Source of the DNA: Chiloscyllium plagiosum
Lineage: Eukaryota
Reading direction: 5' to 3'
NCBI RefSeq assembly: GCF_004010195.1
Contig: NC_057750.1
Coordinates: 4,692,745 to 4,756,744, forward strand
Length of the DNA stretch: 64,000 nucleotides
Both the position numbers and the translations under genes were made by a program. The notes below the pieces were generated by a model. It was not told the origin of the DNA. It made no database searches and was given only the letters and a program-made list of their open reading frames with translations. This document shows, one piece after another, positions 26,910 through 40,389 of this stretch (the first letter of the stretch is position 1; each line of letters begins with the position of its first letter).

Positions 26910-27615
26910 AGAGGCCACACCTGGAGTACTGTGTGCAGTTTTGGTCTCCTTACTTGAGAAAGGATGTACTGGTCCTGGAGGGGGTGCAGAGGCGGAGTTG
27001 AGAAATTTGGCTGATGAGGAGAGACTGGGACTATATGCATTGGAGTTTAAAAGAATGACGAGAAATTATTTGGAAATATATAAAATAATGAAGGGAATAG
27101 ATAAGATAGAAGCAGGGAGGCTGTTTCCACTGGTGGGTGAAACTGGAACGAGGGGACATAGCCTCAAAATAAGGGGGAGAGGGTTTCGGACTGAGTTGAG
27201 GAGGAACTTTCTCACACAAAGGGTTATTGATCTGTGGAATTCCCCACCCGGTGAAGCAGTTGAGGCTACCGCGTTTAAGGCAAAGATAGAGAGATTTGTG
27301 ATTTGGAGATGTCAGTGTTGGACTGGGGTATACAAAGTTAAAGATGAAGGAGCAGCGCTCCAAAAGCTAGTGCTTTCAAATAAACCTGTTGGACCATAAC
27401 CTGGTGTCGTGAGATTTTTAACTAAAGAGATTTTTGAACAGGAAAGGAATGAAGGGTTATGGTGAGAGGGCGGGTAAGTGGAGGGAATGAAGGGTTATGG
27501 TGAGAGGGCGGGTAAGTGGAGCTGGGTCCACAGAAAGGTCAGCCATTATAATATTGAATGGGAGAGCAGGTTTGATGGGTCAAATGGCCTACTCCTGCTC
27601 CTAGTTCGTATGCTC
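26910..27615 (+). mobile_element. CR1 LINE fragment (different subfamily) with a nested Penelope-derived insert at about 27297-27425
   Basis: LEIYKIMKGIDKIEAGRLFPLVGETGTRGHSLKI...LWNS motif; a short (~37-bp) tandem duplication at about 27446-27520. Confidence 0.85.
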
Positions 27616-28294
27616 CTGAATATCAGGCTGGGTAGGGGCAGAAAGGGGAGAGGTTTATCTGGATTGCTAGTCCACTGGCAATATCACCCCCCCTTATTCT
27701 GAAATAAGATAACAGATCAGCTGGAATTATCACACCTGGGAGCTTGCTGTGTGCAAACTGGCTGCTGAATTTCCTGTACTGCAGCAGGTCACTTCCACCC
27801 AGAGAGGGTCACTAACTGCGAGGCACTGTGGCGATGGGATTAGAGGTCAATGTGATATGGGAATGCAACTGTTTCTTTTCTCAAAAATCGTTTTGGCAAA
27901 AGGAGTGAGTCGTCGGATGAGCTTTATCTGTTTGATTATGGATGTTCATAGGGCGGCACGGTGGCTCAGTGGTTAGCACTGCTGCACACACGGCGCCAGG
28001 GACCCGGGTTTGATCCCAGCCTCGGGCGACTCACTGCATGGAGTTTGCACATTCTCCCCGTGTCTGCATGGGTTTCCTGTCACAGTCCAAAAACGTGCAG
28101 GTTAGTCTGGACTGGCCATGCTAAATTACCCCATACTGTTCAGGGATGTGTGGGTTAGCAGGATTACAGGGATTGGGTAGGGGATGTGTAGACTAAAAGG
28201 AGTGAATGGCCTCCTTCCACACTATAGGGATTCTGCGATCCTTATTGTGTAAATATACATGACATCACCCAGGAGAAATAAAAATCAATGACAA

Positions 28295-28430
28295 TGATTG
28301 CCTTTGAGAAGATTTGTAGCTCAGGTTGAGGTTCTGGATGTAGGTTTGCTCACTGAGCTGGAAGGTTCATTTGCCTAGTATGGTGACGAAGCGTCTGAAA
28401 ATGAACCTTCCAGCTCAGCGAGCAAACCTA
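28295..28430. mobile_element. Penelope-derived inverted repeat, family D
   Basis: Arms gtaggtttgctcactgagctggaaggttcattt / aaatgaaccttccagctcagcgagcaaacctac, with a central gacgaagcgtc (degenerate GAAACGUC). Confidence 0.5.
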
Positions 28431-29479
28431 CTCCCCACAGCCTCAATGGATGTCAACCCAGAGATGGGATTTCTGGTTCTCATTTGCCCCAGGATTGTCT
28501 TGAGGGGGCCCATGGCCCTATGTTTCCAACTGAGAGGTGGCAAAGTTGCCCTTTGATTCAAGGCTCACTCTATGCGTATTATTCAGCTTTAAAGGCAAAA
28601 AATATAACCAATCACTTTGTCTTATCTAGAGTAAGGGACCATGTAGTTTGGACTGCTTTAGTGTTGGAATACCAGGTGAATATTTCAACTTGGAAAAATT
28701 AGGTGCTGCACCCTTTTTAGCTCTGTGCAAGACAACGCTGCTTTTCAAAGCAATGCGGGGCATACTTTGTTACAGAGAGGCACCAAGAGCCTCTGGGTTA
28801 AGGGAAAGCCTGTTTGGCAACAGCCTTTGGATTGGAAGGGCTGCAGTTTGCTACAAATGTGCGGGTGCAGGACAACCAGAGGGTGTGAATGGAACACAGC
28901 CCTTCCTCCGGATGTGAAAACAACGAAAGCCAACAAGAAAGGACCCATGTTATCCGGATGAACCATCAAAGTGAGGAATGATTATTGTTTGATAGACAAC
29001 AACATGCAATCATTGCTGAAAGATGAAGGAACTGAGACAATTTAACCCAAACTCAATCTTCAGAATTGTGCTCCGTGTCTATGGTTTTTCCATCTATAAT
29101 ATTTATGTGGAATAATTGAACTTTTTGTCTATTTTATTTGTGAATGAGTGTGTGTGTGAGTGTGTGTGTGAGAGTGTGTGTGTCTGTTTGTGTGTGTGTG
29201 CGTATTTTTGGGGGTTTAAAGGGATATAGTTTAAGTTGGACAGTAGCAGATTAGTAATTTTTTTCTCTGTTATTTGTTAAAGCTTCATCATGAAACCTGA
29301 GGGGAAGCCGCCCCTGAATAGCAGCCCCATCACACAGATGGCTCAGCTTGGTGATCTCATTGGGATTTTATGTGTCAGATTACGGAACGGCGGGGCTCCA
29401 TTATCAGCTCAACTCTCCATATGACCCCAGCTCTCCTTGTTCAGGATTTATGCACATAAACCAAGTCCAACACTCAACT

Positions 29480-30200
29480 ACAACACTGAGAGAGTGCCGC
29501 AGGGTCATGAACGCAGCACAGTCCATCAGACAAACCAGCTTTCCATCCACTGACTCCATCTATGCTTCCCAGTGCCTCGGGAAGGAAGCCAACATCATCA
29601 CAGACCCCTTCCACCCCGGTTATATTCCTTTCCATAGGGCAGAAGATAGAAATGTTTGCATACATGTACGAATAGATTCAAGAACACCTTCTTCCCTCAG
29701 ACTTTTGAACAGACCTCTTTAATGTGAATTCTGATCTCTCTCTCGCTCTCTCTCTGTACCTCCTCTGTGACTGTAACACTGTATTCTGCACCCTGCTCTG
29801 CTATCTCGCTGGGTTTTGTAGCACAGTGGCTCAATAGTTAGCACTGCTGCCTCACAGCACCAGGGTCCCAGGTTCGATTCCAGCCTCGGGTGACTGTCTG
29901 TGTGGAGTTTGCACATTCTCCCCCTGTCTGCATGGATTTCCTCCGGATGCTCCGGTTTCCTCCCACAGTCCAACGATATGCAGGTCAGGTGAATTGACCA
30001 TGCTAAATTGCCCATATTGTTAGCATTAGTCAGAAGGAAATGGGTCTGGGTGGGTTACTCTTTGGAGGGTCGGTGTGGACTTGTTGGGCCGAAGGGCCTG
30101 TTTCCACACTGTAGGGAATCTAATCTAATGTATAGTGTGCTCTGCCTGGAGAACACAGAATACAATACTTTTCACTGTTTTTCAGTATGTGATAACAATG
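29480..30200 (+). mobile_element. Rex1/Babar-like LINE 3' end interrupted by a SINE
   Basis: RRVMNAAQSIRQTSFPSTDSIYASQCLGKEANIITDPFHPG motif and a 3' end caatacttttcactg...gataacaat; SINE at 29820-30128. Confidence 0.6.
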
Positions 30201-31639
30201 CATCAGTCAGTCAGTTAGGGCATCAGAAAAAGTGCCTTGACCAAAGAACAAAGACACTTTACAGCCCAGGAACAGGCCCGTCAGCCCTCCAAGCCTGTGC
30301 CGATCCAAATCCACTGTCTAAACTTATCGCTCAATTCCTAAGCATCTGTATCCCTTTGCTCCCCACCTACTCATGCATCTGTCGCACCTTAAATGACTAG
30401 GATTTGGAAAACGAGCAGGGGGTGTTTGTCCCAGAATGGGTCCTGGCCAATATCTATCCCTCAAGTGGTCATGGTCCTGTTGTTGCTTGTGGTATCTTGC
30501 TGTACGCACTTGGGTTTTTCCATCCCTGAGATTACAACAGCGCTCACAAAGCTCACAATGTCGGCATAGAAAATAGGAGTAGGAGTAGGCCATTCGGCCC
30601 TTTGAGCCTGCTCCACCATTAGGTTTGATCGTGGTTGATTGTCCACCTCAGTCCCATGTTCCCCCTTTGTCCCCCATACCCTTTGATTCCTTTAGCTCTG
30701 AGAACACGGTGGCACAGTGGTTAGCTCTGCTGCCTCACAGCGCCAGAGACCTGGGTTCAATTCCCACCTCAGGCAACTGTCTGTGTGGAGTTTGCACATT
30801 CTCCCCGTGTCTGCGTGGGTTTCCTCTGGATGCTTCGGTTTCCTCCCACATTCCAAAAATGTTAGGTGAATTGGCCATGCTAAATTACCTGTAGTGATAG
30901 ATGTAGGGGAATGGGTCTGGGTGGGTTGCTCTTCGGAGGGTCGGGGTGGACTTGTTGGGCCTAAGGGCCTGTTTCCACACTGTAAGTAATCTAATCTAAA
31001 CTATATCTAACTCCTCTTGAATTCAGACAATGATTTGGCCAGAGAATTCCACAGGCTCCCCACGCTTTGGGTCAAGACATTTCTCCTCATCTCAGTCCTA
31101 CATGGCCTACCCTGTATCCTTAGACGATGGCCCCCTGGTTCTGGACTCCCCAGTCATCAGGAACACCCTTCCTGCCACTTCATCTTGTCCAGATCTGCTA
31201 GAAATTTATAGGATTCTCTAAGATTCCTCTTCATTCTTCTAAACATCCATGAAAATCCAGTGAGAAAGTATGTCTTTGGCAGTACGGTGATTTGTGACAT
31301 CCTGCAGCCACGAAAGGCTCTACAGAAATGCAGGTGTTGCTCTTTCATTCCAAGCCTCGTGGTGCACAGTCGTGCCTGCAACTGCACAGATCCACCAATA
31401 GATGGAGCCTCTTAAGGCCCTCCATAAGCCCCTCCCGTACAATCATGACTGTTGGGCCAGGAGGAGGCCATTCAGCCCTGTCCCATCACTCAATCAAGAC
31501 AAGACTAGTTAGACATTTAAATCCCTTTTGCTGTCTCGTTTCTACACACCATAGTACATTGACCCAACCAAGATCAATCAGTCTTATTGGGGAGGCACGT
31601 TCTATTAAGTCTAAGCCTCAGCAGCTTGATAAGATTATA

Positions 31640-32585
31640 AGAGATAGAAGCAGGAGAAGGCTGTTCGGCCCCTTGAGTTTGCTCCTCTATTCAATAGGAT
31701 CGTGGCTGATCCGACATTCTTCACATCGACTTTCCCCATAACCCTCGAATCTCCCGACTGATCACGAATCTCTCTCAGCCTTAAATATACACATTGACTC
31801 TTCCCCCTATGGCAAGGAGTTCCAAAGACTTGCAGCCCTCTGTGGGAAGAAATTCCTCCCCATCTCAGTCTGAAATCGGTGCCCCTTTATTCTGAGACTG
31901 TGCCCTCTGGTCTGAGACCTTCCCATGAGAGGGAACATCCTCTCAGCATTGACCCTGCCAAACCCCTGGAGAATCCAAAAGGTCTCAATGAGATCATCTC
32001 CCATTCTCCTAAACCTCAAAGTCCCAAACTGTTTGCCCTTTGCTCATAAGACCTTCCCTCCATCCCACTAGGGATCATCCCAGTGAGCCTTCTGTGAACT
32101 GTCTCCAATGAAAGGAAACTTGTACTTAGCTTCAATTGTAGCCTCCCCTTTGGAAATCTCCCCGGAATGGCCTGGCTGGAATATCATGACTATGACCCAT
32201 TCCTCTGTTCATCCTATCCTTTTCAGGGACACAATGGTGTAGTGGCAATGTCACTGGGCTAGAAACCCAAGTATTTTTTTTTTGCTATTCATTCATTGTT
32301 TGTGGGCATTGCTGAGAGGGAAAGATATAAAAGAGACCTAAGGGGCAACTTTTTCATGCAGAGGGTGGTGTGTGTATGGAATGAGCTGCCAGAGGAAGTG
32401 GTGGAGGCTGGTACAATTACAGCATTTAAAAGGCATCTGGATGGGGACATGAATAGGAAGGATCGAGAGGGATATGGGACTAATGCTGGCGAATGGGACT
32501 AGATTAATCTAGGATATCTGATCGGCATGGATGGGTTGGACCAAAGGGTGTGTTTCTGCACTTTACACCTCTATGACTCTATGTC
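31640..32585. mobile_element. CR1 fragments (minus 31640-32110; plus 32310-32585)
   Basis: DLIETF...TRGHSLRI...LWNSLP on minus; KRDLRGNFFMQRVVCVWNELP on plus, with a ctctatgactctatg tail. Confidence 0.8.
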
Positions 32586-35500
32586 TCTGTCAGCATTTAC
32601 TGCCCATCCTTAATTGCCCCTTGAGAAGGTGGTGGTGAGCTGCCTCTTTGAACCACTGCAGTCCATATGATGTATGGACCCACAATGCTGTTGGGAGGGA
32701 ATTGCAGGATTTTGACCCAGTGACACTGAAGGGAAGGCGATATATTTCCAAGTTGGGATGGTGAATGGCTTGGAGGGGAACTTGCAGGGGGTGGTGCCCT
32801 GGATAAAGGCATTCAAATCCCTCCACAACAACTGACAAAATTTCAAATTTAATAAATTAATCCTGGAATTGAAAACTAGCTTGATTTTTGATATCTGTGA
32901 AACTCTTGTTAATAGCGGCCTCCACCCGTCTGGGTCACTAAAGTCCTTTAGGGAAGGAAATCTGTTATCCTTACCTGGTCTGGCCTACATAGGACTCCAC
33001 ACCAACCTCAATATGGTTGACTCTTAACTACCCTCTGAAATAGTCAAAGGAGACACTCCGTTCAATAGGCAATTAGGGATGAGGCACTAAAGACATTTGG
33101 ATAAGTGTATGAATACAAAAGGCTTTGAAGGATATGGGACAAACGCAGGCAAGTGGGGTTAGTTTAGTTTAGGAACATGGTCAGCGTGGGCTAGTTGGAC
33201 TGAAGGGTCTGTTTCCATGATGTAATAACTCTAAGACTCTAAATGCTGGCCTTACTCAATGAAACCTACATCCCATTAAAGTATAAAACAATACCACAAT
33301 TCCTCAACAGAGGACATAGTTTCTCTCCATCCACCCTCTCAAATCTTTTAATCATCTTAATCACCGCAATTAGATGTTCCCCTAATCTTCTACACAAAGC
33401 TTGTCTGTGGAACCTGTCCTCATAATTGAACGCTTTCAGACTCAGTATCGTTGTTGCAAATCTGCAGGATACTCCTCAGGTCTGTCCCTCAACTGAATAT
33501 TGTTCCTGCTGTTGGTGTCTAGCCAGAACAACTGGAGCAGAGTTTCCACCTGTCCCAAAGTCACAATTGATCAAGGGAGACAAAAACTCTTTGCCTGGCC
33601 CTGCCCATGAAATAAAGGCACACATTTTGTCAGCCTTATAAAAATTATTTGATGCATTCATCCGTTCAATTCCTTGAGCCAAGTGCCCATGGGCAGCAGC
33701 CCATCAAATCCCACCTCAGGCTGAAAAAGGTCAATGGGATTGCAAATTGTCAAGGTTCTTTCTATTATCAGTTTTATAGACTTCCAGAACCTATTTTGAA
33801 AAACATAGGAACGGAGAAAATAGGAGCAGGAGTCGGCCATTTGGCCCCTCGGACCTACTCCACCATTCAATATGACGATCATGCAATTTCAGTATCTCAC
33901 TCCCATGAAGTGAAGGCAAATGATTGATCTAGCTCAGAAACTGGCCGAGAGGCAGGAGATATGATAAAGGGGAAGGTGCTCAAATAGACAGGAGAATGTG
34001 TATTCAAGAACAGATTATATCTGATTATATTCACTAATAACTTTGATAAGTAAAGTAAGCATTCAAATTTGCCAATGAAAGGTTGAGGTTTTGTTTTAAA
34101 TTCACAGGATGTGGGCAGGCCAGCATTTATCACTCATTTCAAATCCGATTAAGAGTCGACTGCATTGCTGTGGGTCTGGAGTCACAGATAGGCCAGACTG
34201 GCTAAGGATGGCGGATTTCCTTCCCTGAAGGGCATTAGAGAACTAAATGGCTTTTTTTTACACAATTGACAATGGTTGCAATAGTTTGAAATTCAGATTT
34301 GGACTGAATTCAAATTTCACAATCTGCTATAATGGAATTTGAACCCATTACCTCAGACAGTAACCTGGCCTCTGGGTCCAGTGACATTGCCTCAACACTA
34401 CCACATCCCCATGAATGAACTATAGATGAAGTGAATGGGATAAAACTTTGGCATTTGACAAATGTGAGGCCGTTCAGTATGGACCTGAATTGGATGCTTT
34501 GTAATTGGTGAAAATTCAGAAACAGCCGAGGGTCCAGGGAGGGTCCAAGGACGTACAGCGGTTGTTAAAATGTCAGGCACAATTTACAGAAAATAACTGC
34601 AAATGCCAAAGGAACTCCAGCCTTTATAGATAGGGACTGGAATACAAGGAGGTAGACGTCATGCTAGAGGTAAACAAAGCTCTCGTTAAACCTCGTCTGG
34701 AGGCATTGTGAGCAGTTCTGAGCCATGATCACATTAAATGGTGGAACAGACTCAATGGGCTGAATGGCCTACTTCTGCTCCTGTGCCTTATTGTCCTGGG
34801 GACCACATCCCAGGAAGGATGGATTGGCTTTGCAGGGAGTGCAGTGAAGAATGGATACCTGGGCTTCAAGGGTTTAGCTACAGAGAGACTACACAAACAG
34901 GGATTGTAACCCCTGGAATTTAGACTAAGAACAACAAAACTGAAGTTTTAAAGATGCGAGGGAATAGGGATCAATGAAGAGGATAAATTTCTGATGGTTG
35001 AAAATTGAGATCAATAGGTTTTGAGATAGAAAGTGTTAGGGAATGTGGGGGAAACATGCATGCATGGAAATAGAATCCCTACAGGGTGGAAGCAGGTCAT
35101 TCAACCCAACAGGTCCACTCCTACCCTCTGAAGAGCATCCCACCCACACTCACATTCTCCATGACGAGCCCACAGCTCTCTGGACACAATGGGCAGTTTA
35201 GCGTGGCCAATCCACCTAACCTACACATGCTTAGACTGTGGAAGGAAACCCACACAGACACAGAGAGAACGTGCAAACTCCATACGGACAGTCACCCGAG
35301 GATGGTTTTGAACCCGGGCCCCTGGGATTGTGAGGCAGTCATGTTAACCACTGAGCCACCATGCCATCCACAGTTAGATCACACGTCTTACATCATCCCA
35401 CTGAATACAGGTGGAACAGGCTTGAGGGGCAGAATGGACTCAGAGCTCCTTTGTAAGTGGATTCAAAAGTAAATATCAAAGGGAAGTCCAATAGATTTGT

Positions 35501-36282
35501 AGGAAGGAGATAATCACAGGTCAATGGGGACAGTAGCAGAAAGCAGGGGATTGATTAGATATATCTTTCAAATCGCTGGCAGCAGCACAATGGGCTGAAT
35601 GGTCTCATACTGTCCTACAAAATGCTCCCATTGGCTCAGTAAAGAGACCCAGCAGTGGATAAAGTCCCACTAACATTGCACTGTAAATTGGGTGAGATTG
35701 GTTAGCTAATACAAGAGAGACTTGTGAATACAATTCTTGCAGCAGCTGAGGTTAGCATAGAAGACTTATTCTCAAACATTCCCTTCGCCTGAGGTCTGGG
35801 GACCCTTAGGTTAAACTCATCACCTTCTGTCTCACTCTAATGAGAGGGTGGCCCTATGGTTTGGTAAGACAATGACAATTTTGACCTTTTATTGCAAATC
35901 CGTATCTGGTTTACAGAAAGATTGTTGACCAGAGGCCAATCAGCTTAATTTTGTCTGGGCCACACCTTTGAAAGAAGAACTCAGTGACTGCACAGCTTTA
36001 TCCCACCCCGCACCCTCTTACAAATATGATCAAGGATAGTCAGCATGGTTTTGTGAAGGGCAGGTCGTGCCTCACAAACCTTATTGAATTCTTTGAAAAG
36101 GTGACGAAAGTGACTGCACAGCTTTATCCCACCCCGCACCCTCTTACAAATATATCCAGAGTGAACATTCACCCCAATAAAAGCAAAATACTGCAGAATT
36201 CTGCAAATCTGAGACAAAAACAGAGAATGCTGGAGAATGAGAATATGAAGTGTGGTCACTCTTGTAATGTCAGAAATAGATG

Positions 36283-36487
36283 GACAAAGTTAAAAATCAC
36301 ACAACACCAGGTTATAGTCCAACAGGTTTAATTGGAAGCACTAGCTTTCGGAGCGTTGCTCCTTCATCAGGTGATTGTGAGCAGCGCTCCGAAAACTACT
36401 GCTTCCAAATAAACCTGTTGGACTATAACCTGGTGTTGTGTGATTTTTAACTTTGTCCACCCCAGTCCAACACCGGCATCTCCAAAT
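36283..36487. mobile_element. Penelope-derived palindromic repeat, family B; copies at about 27297-27425, 36620-36800, 39785-39842, 40745-40880, 49500-49610
   Basis: Inverted arms aaagttaaaaatcacacaacaccaggttatagtccaacagg / cctgttggactataacctggtgttgtgtgatttttaacttt around a hammerhead-like core. Confidence 0.7.
36342..36370 (-). ncRNA. Minimal hammerhead ribozyme core, family B, intact, in otx5 sense orientation (intron)
   Basis: CTGATGA-A-GGAGC-AAC-GCTCC-GAAAG-CTA: 5-bp stem II, palindromic AGCT stem III and a CUA triplet. Confidence 0.65.
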
Positions 36488-37507
36488 CGGGAATGGATAC
36501 AGCAGTCAAGCCCCACAAGTAGCAATGTAGCAGTGACCAAATAAATTGCTTTTGTTTTGTGATATTGGCTGAGGAATTAATATTGGCCGAGACACTGGGG
36601 AGAGTCTCAACAAAATCAGAAAGTTAGAAATCACACAACACCAGGTTGCAGTCCTACGGGTTTAATTGGAAACACTGCTCCTTTATCAGGTGGTTCTGAA
36701 AGCTAGTGGTGCGTCCAATTAAACCTGTTGGAATATAACCTGGTATTGTGTGATTTTTAACTTTGTACACCCCAGTCCAACACCAGCATCGCCAAATCAA
36801 AATCAGAAATTGCTGGCAAAACTCAGCAGGACTGGCAGCATCTGTGGAAAGAGAAACAGAGTTAATGCCTCCCAGTCGGAAGCTATTCTGCAGGAGAATC
36901 ACTTTAAATTTCAATCATTAACTCGGTTTCTCCCTCCACAGGTGTTGCCAGACCTGTTGGGTATCTCCAATAATTTCTGTTTTTGTTGCACTTTCAGGGG
37001 AGGGAAGAGCCCGGTGGTATTACTGCTGTTAATCCCGAGATTCCAAGTAATGCTGTGAGGAGCCAGGTTCAAGTCCTGCCAGGGCAGATGTTGGAATTTG
37101 AATCCTGTGAAAACCTGGAATGAAGAGTCTAATGATGACTACCTGTTGGAAAAACTCATCTGGTTCGCAAATGTCCTTTCGGTAAGGTAACTGCCATCCT
37201 TACCTGGTCTGGCCTACATGTGACTGCGGACCCACAGCAATGAGTTTTATTCTTAACTGACCCTTGCGCAAATAGGAATGGGCAATAAGTGCTGGCCCAG
37301 CCAATGATGCCCATATCTGATTAGTGAATAAAATTTTAAAAATTCACCCAACACCCTCTCCAGAATAAGTCACAATTCAATTTAATTGTGCTGGTTTTTA
37401 AAATCCCTTTCCTTCTTACATTTGGAAATCATTTACAATTTGACCAAGTTGAATTTTTTTCCCCCGAAATCTGGAGAGATAAAAGAAAGTAGGAAAGGCA
37501 GACTTAC

Positions 37508-37604
37508 TTTGATAGCCCACTGCGGAGTGTAAGAGATCCATACCAGGGGCAGTGAGTGTCAGTCCGTTAACTGCGTAGTGGGGTTGCTTCATATAGGACA
37601 TCAT
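37508..37604 (-). CDS. otx5: Otx5/Crx-class homeobox gene, first coding exon (97 bp)
   Basis: Translates [32 protein letters not shown] plus 1 nt, a typical Otx N-terminus. Start context ccagcATGATG; donor A|GTAAGT at 37507. KQPHY/NGLTL fits Otx5 better than Otx2 (KQPPY/NGLSL). Confidence 0.93.
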
Positions 37605-37690
37605 GCTGGTGAATTAACCCAGGATAAACCCTCTGGGCTTCTCTGGGTGTCTGAATCCCTCCGATTTATCCCACTCCAGCTGGACAGTAA
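37605..37690 (-). other. otx5: 5' UTR part of the first coding exon of otx5
   Basis: Strong acceptor cattctcatctctcttgtgcctctctgcag| at 37691 and no upstream ATG in the 86 nt. This implies at least one upstream non-coding exon. Confidence 0.75.
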
Positions 37691-38539
37691 CTGCAGAGAG
37701 GCACAAGAGAGATGAGAATGACCCAATAGATTGTTACCAACAAAGCAACAGAAGGAGACAAGAAGAGCAGAAATTGCTGGAGAAACTCAACAGGTCTGGC
37801 AGCATCTGTGGAGAGAAAAACAGAGTTAACATTTTGACTCTCCTACAGAAATGTTGAGATTCTGCAGCATTTTCTGCCATTGTTTCAGATCTCCAGCCTC
37901 CGCAGTTCCCTGTTTTATGAATGTGAGAATAGAGCATTCAGATCATGATTGAGTAGATTACTTACAGTGTGGAAACAGACCCTTCCGCCAAACGAGTCCA
38001 CACCAACCCTCTGAGAGCAACCCACCCAGACCCACTCCTCTACACTTACCCCTTCACCTAACACTATGGGCAATTCACCATGGCCAATTCACCTAACCTG
38101 CACATCTTTGGATTGTGGGAGGAAACCCATGCAGACAATGTACAAACTCCACACAGACAGTTAGCCTGAGGCGGGAATCGAACCCTGGTTTCTAGTACTA
38201 TGCAGTAGCTGTGTTAACCACTGTGCCACCATAAATGGAACCATGACCTCATTTTAACCTTGACTCTACATTGTTGCATTTCCACAATAATTTTTCACCC
38301 CCTTGACTGTCCGAATCTATCTCCCGCTGCCTTTTAAAAAAGTTGAAATATTCTGCATTTTGAGGAAGGGAATTCTAACTCAACTTTGTATTTTCTTCCG
38401 GATTAGCACCTGGACATAAACTCTGACTGGCTATTGCCTCGAGATTAAAAGAAAACAATCATTATTTTTGGAAATGTTTGAAACCCTATTGGCCTTGTTT
38501 GCATTGAATAATTAAATCAAAGAATCCCAAACCAAAGCT

Positions 38540-38960
38540 AATGCCCACCCCTGTCGCTGAGTCAATCACAGACTGATGAGTCAGCGTTTGAGGTGGATCT
38601 AGACATGTTGGTCAATACAATTCCAAAATCGTTTCTCTCATCGCGCCTTCTCTTTGATTGTTTGTTGATTCGTTGTGGGAACTTGTGAACACCTTGCAAT
38701 AACATGGGAAGCTCCCCCCAATTCGGTCTCCCACAACTTGCAGTGGACTGGGCTGGATCAATACTTGGAACTGGGAACAAGTTATTTTACAATTCGCATT
38801 TCCCAGTCTGTATCGGGTACGCATGTTCCAGTGATAATATACTCGATAATGTCACAACCTACCAACATAGTTACTCTGTCATGGTTGTGTAGTTGTTTAC
38901 AAATATACTGCGGCAATATAATACAAGGCTGTGACTCGTTCTTTTTAATAAACAGAGGGA
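38540..38960 (-). mobile_element. Old, degenerate LINE endonuclease-region fragment (CR1-like)
   Basis: Broken frames give ICKQL..RVTMLVG..PDTDWE and REGA..ILEL/IVLTN, resembling CR1 ORF2 VVIxGDFNxPxIDW...REGAILDLVLTN. Confidence 0.4.
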
Positions 38961-40389
38961 GGATGTGAAACATCGCTTAACTCTCAGTAAAATCATTAAG
39001 TTAAAAATAAACCACCTCAGAATTCGCTGAACAAGATCTGGCAGCATCTGTGGAGAGAGAAAACAGTTCGAGTCCAGCGACCCTTCTTCAGAACACTGGA
39101 TTGGAAACATTAACTCTCCACAGACACACCTGCTGAGTTTCTCTAACAATTTCTGTTTATTTTGTTTCTGGTTTCCAGCATCTCTGAGATTCTTTGTTTT
39201 ATTTTCTGTTCCTATTTTGCAAACAGGTCCTGCAGCTGCAGTCTGGAGGGATATTCCTGATGAAGGACTTATGCCCGAAACATCGACTCTCCTGCTCCTC
39301 GGATACTGCCTGACCTGCTGTGCTTTTCCAGCAATCCCCTCTCAACTCTGCAGCTTCAATCTCTCCATTGAAAACGGAACGATTTAAACAGATCCAATGA
39401 CAAACACGGCCCTCTGTGGATGCTGGAGATCTCGTTTCAAATTAAGGTGTCAGTTACTCCCTCTGAATGTCGCTGATTCCATCAAACTTAAAAACTGGGG
39501 TTTTGGGGTGTTCTAGGGAGTGACTCGGTAAGGATGTAGACGCTTGTCCTGTTCCACTTTGGGGCAAGTCTGGGCTGACAAGTGATCCATCAGATACTAG
39601 GACAGGAGGGATTGCCCAGCCCAGTGTAACGCGTCCTGAGAGGGTTTTGGGGGACAGTGATTATTTTAAATCCCATCGCAGCTGACGCTTTTTCATTTCC
39701 CCCAATTGAAGGATGGGAGAGAGGGAATTTCACAAAGACAGGGAATACCTTCGACAGCGATGTGGGGAGGTCGATAAGTACTCATGATTTGGAGATGGCC
39801 GGTGTTGGACTGGGGTGTACAAAGTTAAAAATCACACAACGTCATTTTAATTTTTAACAATGCGGGGAGGTTTGTTGCAATGAAGAGAAAACGTGCCGGA
39901 GATCAGGTGGCTCGGTGGTTTGGGAAGACACGTCGATCGGTGGCACAGTGGTTAGCACTGCAGCCTCTCAGCGCCAGGTACCCGGGTTCGATTCCAGACG
40001 GGTATGGCGTTTGCACATTCTCCTCCCACCCACAGTCCATGCTAAATAGCCTCATCGTGTTCTGCCTAGGTGTGTTAGTCAGGGATAAATAGAGGAATTG
40101 GCTCCTCCTCGGAGGGATTTATTGGCCCTGAAGGGGCTGTGGGGATTCAATGGTCAGGCAGCAGCGGAAGAGGGAATTTAGCGTTTCGAGTCCAGCTCTT
40201 TCTGTGTCAGAGTTTGTTGCAAGGTCGGACACATTTAACAACAATAAGAGGCCACACAAAAAGAAATAAAAGCACTGGCCCACCCAGCAGGACATATTCG
40301 CCTGTGAGGAAAGATGTTAATTGGTTCAAAATCTCCCCGCTCCGTGATGTCTGCGGGAGCAGGTATATTCCGACAGTGCGACACTGCAG

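Noticed and set aside
28440..29310. Possible solo LTR
   Set aside because: No second copy, clear TG..CA boundaries or TSD identifiable in the window.
38572..38600. CTGATGA box
   Set aside because: No stem II or GAAA; it lies in an old LINE remnant.
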